Part shown: positions 10,217-18,349 of the stretch, piece after piece
How the letters are laid out: every line of letters begins with the position of its first letter
Position numbering within the stretch: the first letter of the stretch is position 1
DNA from: Candidatus Woesebacteria bacterium RBG_13_46_13
GTDB lineage: Bacteria > Patescibacteriota > Microgenomatia > UBA8517
Direction: 5' to 3'
Length of the DNA: 64,000 nucleotides
Assembly: GCA_001791995.1 (NCBI GenBank)
Contig: MGFR01000001.1
Coordinates: forward strand, 78,880 to 142,879
The notes under the pieces: model-generated
The model's database searches: none
Told to the model about the DNA's origin: nothing
Seen by the model: only the letters and a program-made list of their open reading frames with translations
Made by a program: the position numbers and the translations under genes

Positions 10217-10879
10217 TTAGCCTTTAAACCCTTCCGTTAAGTCGATAAGCTCCCTTTTGGGGTCAACAGCTTTAACTACGTCGGTGGCAACAGCCACTCC
10301 CACCGCCCCAAGTTCCAGGCTTTTTTTGACATCCTCCCGCGAGGCAATCCCGGCTCCAACGATTAAGGGAATTCCTCCCTCCTTGGTAATCACCGCTGCT
10401 TTGGCGATTATTTCCGGTTGAGCAGTAGCTACAGAAATTGAGGTCGATCCGATCAACTCGGGCGGTTCGTAAGCGACATATGTCGGCTTAAGCTCGAGGG
10501 CTTTTTTCAGCTCCTCCAGGCTTGAGGCAAAGACCAGGGTTTTCAGTTCAACCTCCCGGCAACGAGAAACCGCTTTGACCAAGTCTTCCCAGTTGGCGAA
10601 TTTATGCTCCGAATGGTTCAAGAAAACCCCCCTGATACCAACCTTGACGGCTTCCTCGGGAAGTGTCCAGCCGGTATTGGCTCCGTAGGTCACCGGGTCA
10701 ACATGCTGAATCCAGACTTCAAGTTTGGTTGAGCCGATGACCGTTTCGGCATCGATTATTTGCACCACGGGAATTATTTTAACCTGTGTCTGAAGAGCAA
10801 CCTCTTCCAAAATACGGGTCAGCTCTACGGCTTTTGAGCCGCTGCCTTGTTCATAAGTCTTAAAATTTACAAAAATCAT
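10217..10879 (-). CDS. tpiA: Triosephosphate isomerase (archaeal-type)
   Basis: NFKTY, NHSEH, AYEPPELIG, GAGI motifs; ~220 aa. Confidence 0.93.
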   Translation of the reverse strand: MIFVNFKTYEQGSGSKAVELTRILEEVALQTQVKIIPVVQIIDAETVIGSTKLEVWIQHVDPVTYGANTGWTLPEEAVKVGIRGVFLNHSEHKFANWEDLVKAVSRCREVELKTLVFASSLEELKKALELKPTYVAYEPPELIGSTSISVATAQPEIIAKAAVITKEGGIPLIVGAGIASREDVKKSLELGAVGVAVATDVVKAVDPKRELIDLTEGFKG

Positions 10880-11130
10880 CCCTGAATCCCCAAAATACCG
10901 TTCAATCTGCCTTTGTCAAAGCCGATCACGTTCTCTTTGGCCCCGTCGTCTTTGGTGATCACACTAAAAGGAACTCCCAAAAATCCTCCGGAGACGGCCA
11001 TCATCTCTTCTCTGGCAGCATCATCCTGATCGACCATCTTCTCGGTATAGGTCAAAGAGTGAGCGGTAAAGTAGTCCTTAAGCATTTTGCAGTAAGGACA
11101 AGTAGTTGTCGAGTAAATTACAATCTGCAT
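10876..11130 (-). CDS. Glutaredoxin/NrdH-like redoxin
   Basis: CPYC, GVP and IGFD motifs. Confidence 0.9.
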   Translation of the reverse strand: MQIVIYSTTTCPYCKMLKDYFTAHSLTYTEKMVDQDDAAREEMMAVSGGFLGVPFSVITKDDGAKENVIGFDKGRLNGILGIQG

Positions 11131-11565
11131 CTATCTCACCTCCAAGGTTCCATCCATTCCCAAATCTTTGTGCCCGTCAACGCTGCAGTAAAAGCTAAAG
11201 GTTCCGACCTGACTGGCTGTAAATTCGACCGCATCCACTTCTCCCGCGGCCAGTGTCTTAGTCGTAACCCCCATACCTTCGATAGTAAAATTGTGGGGAA
11301 ACCTACCTGAATTTTTAAAAGTTAACCTAACCCTTTCTCCTTTTTTGACAGTAATGACTGAGGGGGTAAACGAATATTCGCTGGCAACAATACTGACTTC
11401 TCTAAATGGCTCTTGGCTACCCGCCCCTGTCTCGGAAGACGGGGTTGAGACTCCGGACGGTCCAGACGTTGTGGAAGAGGTAGTCTTGCCTCTGCTCATA
11501 ATAAAATAGGCCGCAAGCAAAAGCGCTAATAAAATTCCGAATGTGATAAAAACTGTTTTCTTCAT
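11131..11565 (-). CDS. Membrane-anchored cupredoxin
   Basis: N-terminal TM, Ser/Thr linker, PHNF and YCSVDGHKDLGM type-1 copper ligands. Confidence 0.88.
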   Translation of the reverse strand: MKKTVFITFGILLALLLAAYFIMSRGKTTSSTTSGPSGVSTPSSETGAGSQEPFREVSIVASEYSFTPSVITVKKGERVRLTFKNSGRFPHNFTIEGMGVTTKTLAAGEVDAVEFTASQVGTFSFYCSVDGHKDLGMDGTLEVR

Positions 11566-11590
11566 TGCCCTCACCCCCTCCCGCTAGAAA

Positions 11591-11656
11591 AGTATATCAA
11601 CTGTCGGGTATTGCTTCTACTTTTAATTACCGCGTATTTACCGCAATATTTCCGCA
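11591..11656 (-). promoter_or_regulatory. Extended -10 promoter (TGaTATACT) with three upstream phased 11-bp direct repeats
   Basis: TATACT on minus strand at 11591-11596; repeats TAATTACCGCG/TATTTACCGCA/ATATTTCCGCA at 11624-11656. Confidence 0.5.
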
Positions 11657-11830
11657 TTAGGATTCCAGTTTGGCGTAAACACCGAAAAGAGCCAAGACGG
11701 CAGCCACCAAGAGCCACTGCGTAGAGGCCAGCCAGATGTCCTGATAGAGATAGCCGAATCCGGCCAATATAATAGATGCGAAAGAGCCGAACATTAATAT
11801 TTTTGAGAACATCCTGATGTTCTTTTTCAT
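11657..11830 (-). CDS. Small two-TM membrane protein (57 aa)
   Basis: MKKNIRMFSK... preceded by purine-rich GGGGGTGAAGGAA; two hydrophobic segments. Confidence 0.65.
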   Translation of the reverse strand: MKKNIRMFSKILMFGSFASIILAGFGYLYQDIWLASTQWLLVAAVLALFGVYAKLES

Positions 11831-11844
11831 TTCCTTCACCCCCT

Positions 11845-12366
11845 TTAGACAAGATAACGGTCGATCACAAATCCCACCAGATAGGCAATTAGGGCCGCAA
11901 TCATTCCGATAAAAAGTACCTCCAGCCCGCTTTTGAGCCAATGCTTTTGGGTATAGATACTTTTAACCACGCCAATGGCAAACATCGAGGCGGCAACAAT
12001 GCCCAAGGAAAGAAAAAAACTGGGGTGCTCAATGAAAAAATAGGGAATCAGGGGAAGAATTCCGCCACCGGCAAAAGAGCCGAAGGTGATCAAAGCATGC
12101 CTTGTCGGTGAATCCGCTCTCCAATGGCCTATTCCCTTAGCTTTTTCAAATTCTTTTTCGCTTTTGACCCCGATAAAAATACCGGAGGCCATCGAAAATC
12201 CGTCGGCGAAGAGATTGGCCAGGCCCAAAATGAGAGCCACCGTCGAAGAAAATCCCGCCCCGTGTGAGCCGGCCACCACCGCAAAGGTGGTAATTATTCC
12301 GTCATCGGCCGCAAAGACGGCATCCCTTAATAGAGACGCTTGTTCGGAGATGCCGATTTTACCCAC
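11845..12366 (-). CDS. VIT1/CCC1 family Fe/Mn transporter
   Basis: RDAVFAADDGIITTFAVVAG and ANLFADGFSMASG; GTG 12366 lies 5 nt after TGtTAAAAT. Confidence 0.9.
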   Translation of the reverse strand: MGKIGISEQASLLRDAVFAADDGIITTFAVVAGSHGAGFSSTVALILGLANLFADGFSMASGIFIGVKSEKEFEKAKGIGHWRADSPTRHALITFGSFAGGGILPLIPYFFIEHPSFFLSLGIVAASMFAIGVVKSIYTQKHWLKSGLEVLFIGMIAALIAYLVGFVIDRYLV

Positions 12367-12381
12367 ACCCCATTTTAACAC

Positions 12382-12410
12382 TTGACTGGGAGTCAAATAA
12401 AACCTAATTT
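12382..12410 (+). promoter_or_regulatory. Sigma70-type promoter for the riboswitch transcript
   Basis: TTGACT (12382)-17 nt-TAATTT (12405); predicted start ~12417 coincides with the riboswitch 5' end; -35 lies in the palindrome TTGACT-GGG-AGTCAA. Confidence 0.6.
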
Positions 12411-12416
12411 GGCTTA

Positions 12417-12510
12417 TCGGGTTGTGTTAAAGGAAGCAGGTGAAACTCCTGCGCTGTGCCGCAACTGTATAGCCAGAAAACTAGCAACCCGGGGCTTTCC
12501 GAGCAGAAAA
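12417..12510 (+). ncRNA. Cobalamin riboswitch (compact, class-II-like)
   Basis: Closing helix CGGGTTG/CAACCCG; GGAA-GCAGG-TGAAACT-CCTGC hairpin; GCTGTGCCGCAACTGTA; B12-box-like AGCCAGAAAACT; downstream TTTC-CGAGCA-GAAA hairpin just before ATG 12511. Confidence 0.85.
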
Positions 12511-13257
12511 ATGAGCATAGAAACCGTTTACTCCCAACAAGTCGAATATCAAGCTTCTTTTGTCTTGGAAACCCAAAGAATCCCCGACGCATACCATTTT
12601 CTTCTCAAAGACGGAAAATTGTTCTCTCCCGTAACCGGGTTGCCGGCAGAGAAATCTATAACCCGCAGAGACTCCCTGGAAGAGGCCGAATATCAAGCCT
12701 TCCTGCAAATTCAGGATTGGTTTGTCCAGAAGGAGGCGGGTCTGGTAGTTTGGATTAATCCTTCTTTCCCGAACCGCTACGGCTGCGCCAAGGCCATTAT
12801 TTCGGAAATCGTTTACACCTCCGCTTCGGAAAAAGCACTTATCAATAGAGCCGTTTGTTTCGATTGGGACGAGGAAACATGTCTCGCCTTCGCCAGAAAT
12901 CTTGGTCTTTCAAGAGTAAGCTCGGGTTGGGAATTAAGAACAAATCCCGTCTTTTTGGATAAGGGGGCAAGCGAAGAGGTCATTGGACTTATCGAAAAGC
13001 ACTCACCAAGTCAGGCCCAACTGATAAGATCCGGTCAGGACTTTATTATCAAAGAGAGGATTAAGGCCGAAATCGCCAGCGGCTATCTTCCTCCAAGCGG
13101 AGACTGCCTTTCCAGTTGCGGTTCGGCTCTAAAAATATTTACCGAAAATTCATCCCAGGTTAGCTGGGAATATAACGAAGGCACCTGTAGAATCTGCGGC
13201 AAAGAAACATCCGTGGGGCCATGCAAAATTTGTAGGGTCTGCGAGAGAATACTCTAG
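12511..13257 (+). CDS. Hypothetical protein with C-terminal Cys-rich Zn-ribbon, behind the riboswitch
   Basis: ATG directly after the riboswitch; C-terminus CRICGKETSVGPCKICRVCE; no recognisable family. Confidence 0.75.
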   Translation: MSIETVYSQQVEYQASFVLETQRIPDAYHFLLKDGKLFSPVTGLPAEKSITRRDSLEEAEYQAFLQIQDWFVQKEAGLVVWINPSFPNRYGCAKAIISEIVYTSASEKALINRAVCFDWDEETCLAFARNLGLSRVSSGWELRTNPVFLDKGASEEVIGLIEKHSPSQAQLIRSGQDFIIKERIKAEIASGYLPPSGDCLSSCGSALKIFTENSSQVSWEYNEGTCRICGKETSVGPCKICRVCERIL

Positions 13258-13269
13258 AAGAAAGTACAA

Positions 13270-13315
13270 GGTGCTGCCAGAGATGAACCGAAGTTCAATT
13301 TCCTCTGGCAGCACC
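13270..13315. terminator. Strong hairpin between convergent genes (probable bidirectional terminator)
   Basis: GGTGCTGCCAGAG / CTCTGGCAGCACC 13-bp perfect stem with inner TGAAC-CGAA-GTTCA. Confidence 0.65.
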
Positions 13316-13335
13316 AGATTCCGAAGAGCACCCTG

Positions 13336-14121
13336 CTAGCGGCGAGACTTCTTTTTGGCCTCAACCTTGGCAAAAGCTTCCTTGGTCAAGGATTCGAACG
13401 CCTCCACGGAGATGGGGACCAGATCCGATGCGGTCCAGGTCCTAAGCTTGCTGGGCTTGTGGGGGATGTAGGGATTCTCCAAAAGGAGAAGGCTTTCCTC
13501 TTCAGGGGACACCCCTTCTTCGTTGCTGGCGGCGAACAGATAATCGATCGCCCCTTCCCCACCCGGAAAATAGCCCGGATTACCGGTGACCACCACAACT
13601 TTCAGGGTGACCGCCTCGCGGACCTCCCGCTCCAAGCCCTGGAACGAGAACTTTCCGGAGGTTATCACTCCAGTCTGGAGGTCCTTGTTAAGCCCCGCCT
13701 CGATTTCGGCGATTTGCTTCTCGGTGAGTTTCTTAAGGATTCTCACGTCCCAGCATCTATCGCCCAGGCGTAGGAGCGCCTCGGGGCCGGTTTCGTGCTT
13801 GACCCACCAGCCGAGGGGCTCACCTTTCTTGTCCAGGCGGAAGACAAACGGGTAGTCGGCCATGACCACCACCATGCCGTTTGTCGGATTGGGTTGGAAG
13901 GTCGCAGAGGCCGATGTTCCCCGCCTCTTCTTGGCCGATGGCGTCGCTCCACCCGAGAAAAGGACCAAAAGACCCATGAGTATCAGTACGATCACGACGA
14001 TGAGAATCAGGATGTTGGTCTCGCTCGGGGTAAGACCAAGGGCGACGAGGACGTTGGTCAGAAAGATCAGGATTGCATCGAGGATCTTGACGAGCCAGAC
14101 GGGCAGATCGCTGATGTCCAC
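13336..14121 (-). CDS. Hypothetical membrane-anchored protein, GC-rich codons
   Basis: GTG start with strong SD AAGGAGG; two N-terminal TM helices, then a soluble domain. Confidence 0.75.
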   Translation of the reverse strand: MDISDLPVWLVKILDAILIFLTNVLVALGLTPSETNILILIVVIVLILMGLLVLFSGGATPSAKKRRGTSASATFQPNPTNGMVVVMADYPFVFRLDKKGEPLGWWVKHETGPEALLRLGDRCWDVRILKKLTEKQIAEIEAGLNKDLQTGVITSGKFSFQGLEREVREAVTLKVVVVTGNPGYFPGGEGAIDYLFAASNEEGVSPEEESLLLLENPYIPHKPSKLRTWTASDLVPISVEAFESLTKEAFAKVEAKKKSRR

Positions 14122-14207
14122 GTTTTTCCTCCTTGAGGGGAATAAGTGCTCTTCGGATATTAAGGAACTAGGCAGGGGTATCCTAGGTCGAACCTAGGGA
14201 TAGGCGT

Positions 14208-14235
14208 ATTTTAACCTATAATTTGAATTTGTCAA
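14208..14235 (-). promoter_or_regulatory. Consensus-like sigma70 promoter
   Basis: TTGACA-16 nt-TAAAAT on minus strand, followed by hairpin TATCCTAGGT-CGA-ACCTAGGGATA in the 5' UTR. Confidence 0.6.
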
Positions 14236-14286
14236 AATTTATACCCTAAAAAGAAAGCTGCTTCCAGAAAGGGTGTAGAATAATTT

Positions 14287-14451
14287 ATGCCTTCGAAAAC
14301 GGTTTATTACCTTGCAGCTTTTATCGGTTCCATCGTCGGAGCCTATATTCCGGCTCTCTGGGGGGCGGGGTTCCTGTCTTTTTCTTCAGTTATCTTCAGC
14401 GCCATCGGAGGCATTGCCGGCCTGGTTATTGTCTGGAAATGGTTTAGCTAA
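14287..14451 (+). CDS. Small two-TM Gly-rich membrane protein (54 aa, not in ORF track)
   Basis: MPSKTVYYLAAFIGSIVGAYIPALWGAGFLSFSSVIFSAIGGIAGLVIVWKWFS; TAGAAT 5 nt upstream of ATG. Confidence 0.7.
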   Translation: MPSKTVYYLAAFIGSIVGAYIPALWGAGFLSFSSVIFSAIGGIAGLVIVWKWFS

Positions 14452-14453
14452 TT

Positions 14454-15191
14454 TTATCCGCGGTAGATACCCTTTATCCAATCGAAGTAGCGGATACTTA
14501 TAAGCTCCGCGAAGGAATTTATCAAATCCCGGGGAAAGCGGACCCGTGTTTGGGGGTCATTTTTCCAGGTAACCGGTACCTCTTTAATCGTAAAACCGTA
14601 CTTTCTGGCCAAAAAGAGAGCTTCGGAATCAAATCCCCAACGGAAAATCCGGGTTTTTTTGAAAATTTTCTCCCCGGCCTGAGCCGAAAAACATTTAAAT
14701 CCGCAGGTAAAATCGGAAACCCATGTGTTTAACGCAATCTGCGAAAGTAAGGTAAACCCTTTGCCGAGATACTCTCTGATGAAGGACTGATGAACCACAA
14801 CTCTTGCCCCCTTTAATTTTCGGGTGCCGATAAGTACATCTGCACTCCCCAGCAAAGGCCGGAATTTCTCGATCTCGGCAATCGGAGTCGAAAGGTCGAT
14901 GTCGCAAAAAAGTCTATAGGCACCGGAGGCCACCAACATGCCGGCTTTGACCGCATAACCTTTGCCGCGATTCTGTTTGTAACTTACAACCCTTAAACCA
15001 TACTTCTTTTGGTACGATTCAAGCTTTACCAGGGTATCGTCTTTACTGCCGTCGTTGACAACGATAAGCTCCCAGGGCTCCCTGACCCCACGCAGATACT
15101 TGACGATTTTTTCTAGATTCCCGATGCGCTTGGTCTCGTTATAGGCAGGGATTATAATAGACCAGAAAACTGGTTCTTTTCTCATGGTCAT
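14454..15191 (-). CDS. GT2 polyprenol-phosphate glycosyltransferase (Dol-P-Glc/Man synthase-like)
   Basis: IIPAYNE, VNDGSKD, NRGKG, DID, DFTCGFK, WGFDSE motifs. Confidence 0.9.
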   Translation of the reverse strand: MTMRKEPVFWSIIIPAYNETKRIGNLEKIVKYLRGVREPWELIVVNDGSKDDTLVKLESYQKKYGLRVVSYKQNRGKGYAVKAGMLVASGAYRLFCDIDLSTPIAEIEKFRPLLGSADVLIGTRKLKGARVVVHQSFIREYLGKGFTLLSQIALNTWVSDFTCGFKCFSAQAGEKIFKKTRIFRWGFDSEALFLARKYGFTIKEVPVTWKNDPQTRVRFPRDLINSFAELISIRYFDWIKGIYRG

Positions 15192-15212
15192 GGTTATACT
15201 ATAGCTTAAATA

Positions 15213-17591
15213 GTGATATTTCTACTGCTTGTTATCAACTTAATTTACTTTGCCCCGATGCTTTTGGGCAAGGTGCCCCTGCCGACCGATGCTTTGGCCG
15301 GCGCATATTACCCCTGGGCGGGACAAAACTGGGGGTTTGTGGCGGGAATCCCTTTTAAAAACATCTCCCTAACCGACGTATTCTCCCAACTCTATCCCTG
15401 GCGGGAGCTGGCCATGGATCTGATTAGGACCGGACAGTTGCCCCTTTGGAACTCGTTTTCTTTTTCGGGATATCCGCTTTTGGCCAACTGGCAATCGGCC
15501 CCTTTCTACCCCCTTAATATCCTGATGCTTATCTTCGGCAATATTCGCGGCTACGGCCTGATGGTTTTTGCCCAACCCCTTTTGGCCGGTTCGTTCATGT
15601 ATCTATTTCTCAGGCAGATTAAGCTTACCAAGGTTGCAGCGGTTTCGGGAGCAATTGTTTCCGCCTATTCGGGGTTTGTGATGACCTATCTGGAATATGC
15701 CACCGTCGGCCAAATCTTGGCCTGGCTGCCCTTGATCCTTTATCTGTTTGAGAAGTACTTCCAAAAGAGACAAATCCGTTTTCTGGCCCTTTCCGGACTG
15801 TCACTGTTTCCGGTTTTAACCGGCGGGTTTTTCCAGCCGGCTTTTTATGTCCTTTTGATTGCATCCCTCTACTTCATTTCCCGAACAATCTCCGATAAGA
15901 ACCCCAATAAAAAGCTGCCTCTATTCTTGGGTTTAGTCTTTATCTCGGTAGGGACAGCCACAGCCGCCGTCCAGCTAATCCCAACGGCCGAATTGCTCGG
16001 ATTATCCATCAGAACCCTCGACCACAATATTATCGAATACCATTACGGGCTTCTGCCTTTTAAGAACCTGATATCCTTCTTGGCTCCGGACTTTTTCGGC
16101 AACCCCGTAACCGGTAATTTCTGGGGGGCAATTCAGTATCAGGAAGCCACAGGATATTTCTCGGCCATAGCCTTAATTTTGGCGCTAACGGTTATTTTTT
16201 CCAGAAAAAAAGACTGGAAGAAAGTCCTTTTTTCCTCTCTTTTTGCTCTCTCTTTAATTCTTGCTTTTGATAACCCGATAAGCCGGCTTATCTATCAATT
16301 CGGCCTACCCCTGCTTTCAACCGGATACGCCTCGCGCTGGCTTATCGTCACGGCCTTTTCCGGAGCGTTCCTTTCGGCCATGGCCCTTGAGGAGTTGAAT
16401 CGTAAAAAGATAGCTCTCTTCCTTTTATTTGGAGTGGGAACACTGGTTGTAGTCGGGTTTTTAATTTGGGCAGCCATCATCCCTCTTAAATTCGCCCTTA
16501 TCCCTGTGGCGATAAGGAACCTAATTCTGCCTTTGGTCTTTATGGAAGCTGCCCTTTTTATCGTGCTATTTATCAAAAATCGAGCCTGGGCAACCTGGCT
16601 GCTATTGGCCCTAATTGTGATTGATTTGGGCCGTTTCGGAATAAAATTCACCCCATTTTCCAGCCCGGAATACACGACCCGGAAGCTATCGGTTTGGGAA
16701 TTTGTTAAAAAGGAAGGTGGGCTAAATCGTCTGGTAGGCGAAACCGGCCCCTTGCTGCCGGCCAACAGCTGGTTATACCCAAGGCTTTATTCCCCCACCG
16801 GCTATGACCCTTTGCTTATTAAAGACTACGCGGTGTTTTTCCGCGGAGTAAATATTGGGCAAAACGAAGATCAAGAGGTAAATGGTGATTTAGGGAAAGG
16901 CTATTTCACCCGCTATCTTAATCTGTCCAACCTTGACTCTCCTTTTGTCGATTTACTGGGAGTTAAGTATCTCCTGGCCCTAAAAATGGATGCGGGTAAG
17001 ATCAGACCCTGGGGCAAGATAAACGAATCTAAAATTGACCTTGGCCGCTATAACCCAGTATTTGATGACGGAACGACCGTTGTTTTGGAAAACAAAACTA
17101 CCCTTCCCCGTGCAATGCTTTACTACTCAGCCGAAACGGAAACCGATACCGCCAAGGCGGTCGAAAAAATGGTAGCCGGGTTTGATTTCAGAAAGAAACT
17201 CATTGTCGATAAAGAAAACCCTAGAGAATATCCGATAGGAAAGAGCGATACCGCCCAAATTACCAACTATTCTGCTAATAAAGTGGCGATGGAAACAAAG
17301 ACCGAAAACGGAGCTTTTCTCGTTTTAACCGATACCTTCTATCCAGGTTGGGAAGTTAGGGTGAACGGCGAAAAGAAGGAACTCTCCCGCGCTTTCGGGG
17401 TCTTCAGAGCAGTCGAGGTCGGCTCTGGAGAAAGTGTGGTGGAAATGGTTTACAAACCCTTGAGCTTTAGATTGGGCCTGGCGATCTCAATCTTATCCTT
17501 GACCATCTTAATGTTCTTTGCCACAAAGAAGATCGATTATGGCGGAGACGATAGCTCGTTTTTTGGAAATAAACATTACAAAATATTCTAG
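15213..17591 (+). CDS. YfhO-family GT-C membrane protein
   Basis: PLWNSFSFSGYPLLAN...FYPLN, many TMs, C-terminal LTDTFYPGW..VNG and FRAVEV. Confidence 0.85.
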   Translation: MIFLLLVINLIYFAPMLLGKVPLPTDALAGAYYPWAGQNWGFVAGIPFKNISLTDVFSQLYPWRELAMDLIRTGQLPLWNSFSFSGYPLLANWQSAPFYPLNILMLIFGNIRGYGLMVFAQPLLAGSFMYLFLRQIKLTKVAAVSGAIVSAYSGFVMTYLEYATVGQILAWLPLILYLFEKYFQKRQIRFLALSGLSLFPVLTGGFFQPAFYVLLIASLYFISRTISDKNPNKKLPLFLGLVFISVGTATAAVQLIPTAELLGLSIRTLDHNIIEYHYGLLPFKNLISFLAPDFFGNPVTGNFWGAIQYQEATGYFSAIALILALTVIFSRKKDWKKVLFSSLFALSLILAFDNPISRLIYQFGLPLLSTGYASRWLIVTAFSGAFLSAMALEELNRKKIALFLLFGVGTLVVVGFLIWAAIIPLKFALIPVAIRNLILPLVFMEAALFIVLFIKNRAWATWLLLALIVIDLGRFGIKFTPFSSPEYTTRKLSVWEFVKKEGGLNRLVGETGPLLPANSWLYPRLYSPTGYDPLLIKDYAVFFRGVNIGQNEDQEVNGDLGKGYFTRYLNLSNLDSPFVDLLGVKYLLALKMDAGKIRPWGKINESKIDLGRYNPVFDDGTTVVLENKTTLPRAMLYYSAETETDTAKAVEKMVAGFDFRKKLIVDKENPREYPIGKSDTAQITNYSANKVAMETKTENGAFLVLTDTFYPGWEVRVNGEKKELSRAFGVFRAVEVGSGESVVEMVYKPLSFRLGLAISILSLTILMFFATKKIDYGGDDSSFFGNKHYKIF

Positions 17592-17758
17592 TCTCCCGAA
17601 GGCTCCAATCCTCTTTTCTTAATTTCTTCCAATATCTTCCCACCGAGCGGTCGGCAAACACAATTCTTGGCATGCTCGAGGTGCCATTTAACCCTCTGAT
17701 CCAAGGTTGGATTTTTGGGCATTTTATTGGCCAAATGCCACTTGGCGTTAATTTTCAT
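17588..17758 (-). CDS. Small basic His/Cys protein (56 aa, not in ORF track)
   Basis: MKINAKWHLANKMPKNPTLDQRVKWHLEHAKNCVCRPLGGKILEEIKKRGLEPSGD; tightly packed behind upstream gene. Confidence 0.7.
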   Translation of the reverse strand: MKINAKWHLANKMPKNPTLDQRVKWHLEHAKNCVCRPLGGKILEEIKKRGLEPSGD

Positions 17759-17761
17759 CGC

Positions 17762-17905
17762 TTACCCCTTCTTCTCCGGGATGAAGTAAACAAACCAGAT
17801 AAACCAGAGGAGCCAAAGTAAATCCTTCCAGTCATGGGTGAGGATCCCTGGAACACCTAAGAGACCGAGAAATCCTAAGAAGCCCAACGTCCAATTTTTC
17901 TTCAT
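17762..17905 (-). CDS. Small membrane protein (47 aa, not in ORF track)
   Basis: MKKNWTLGFLGFLGLLGVPGILTHDWKDLLWLLWFIWFVYFIPEKKG; ATGA overlap with upstream stop. Confidence 0.65.
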   Translation of the reverse strand: MKKNWTLGFLGFLGLLGVPGILTHDWKDLLWLLWFIWFVYFIPEKKG

Positions 17906-18303
17906 TTCTTTAAAGTCAGCCCAAAAAATAAACCAATCAGAAGCATCTCAACCAGTCCTGTCAAGAACATATAGACCAAAGCATTGGCTGGTACCTTAAA
18001 CATCACCAACTGGGAAAAGACGTGCATCACGACACTGAGAAATGACACGATCAGGCCAAAACTCAATCCCTTTAATAGCATCGTCTGTCCCGGCAGGCTT
18101 TTATACAGCAGAAGAAACAATCCGGCCAGCACAAAGCCGTACAAGATGTCTATCCCAAAACCCAAGATAATATTAACCGAACTTTTTGCTATCGGTTTGT
18201 AGACTTCAAAAAGCTTTTGAGCGTAGGGGTTGGCATTGATTAGCCCATCTAGAAACCCCAAAAGAAGACCCCCAAAAACAGAAACAACCACATACCTCAA
18301 CAT
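17902..18303 (-). CDS. Four-TM hypothetical membrane protein
   Basis: 133 aa hydrophobic ORF; TATAAT 8 nt upstream. Confidence 0.75.
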   Translation of the reverse strand: MLRYVVVSVFGGLLLGFLDGLINANPYAQKLFEVYKPIAKSSVNIILGFGIDILYGFVLAGLFLLLYKSLPGQTMLLKGLSFGLIVSFLSVVMHVFSQLVMFKVPANALVYMFLTGLVEMLLIGLFFGLTLKK

Positions 18304-18349
18304 ATATTTATATTATATCTAAACCGCAACAATGCCTCCCTGTCTTCAT

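Noticed and set aside
12382-12510. N-terminal extension of the 291-aa ORF
   Set aside because: The region is promoter plus riboswitch; the true start is more likely ATG 12511
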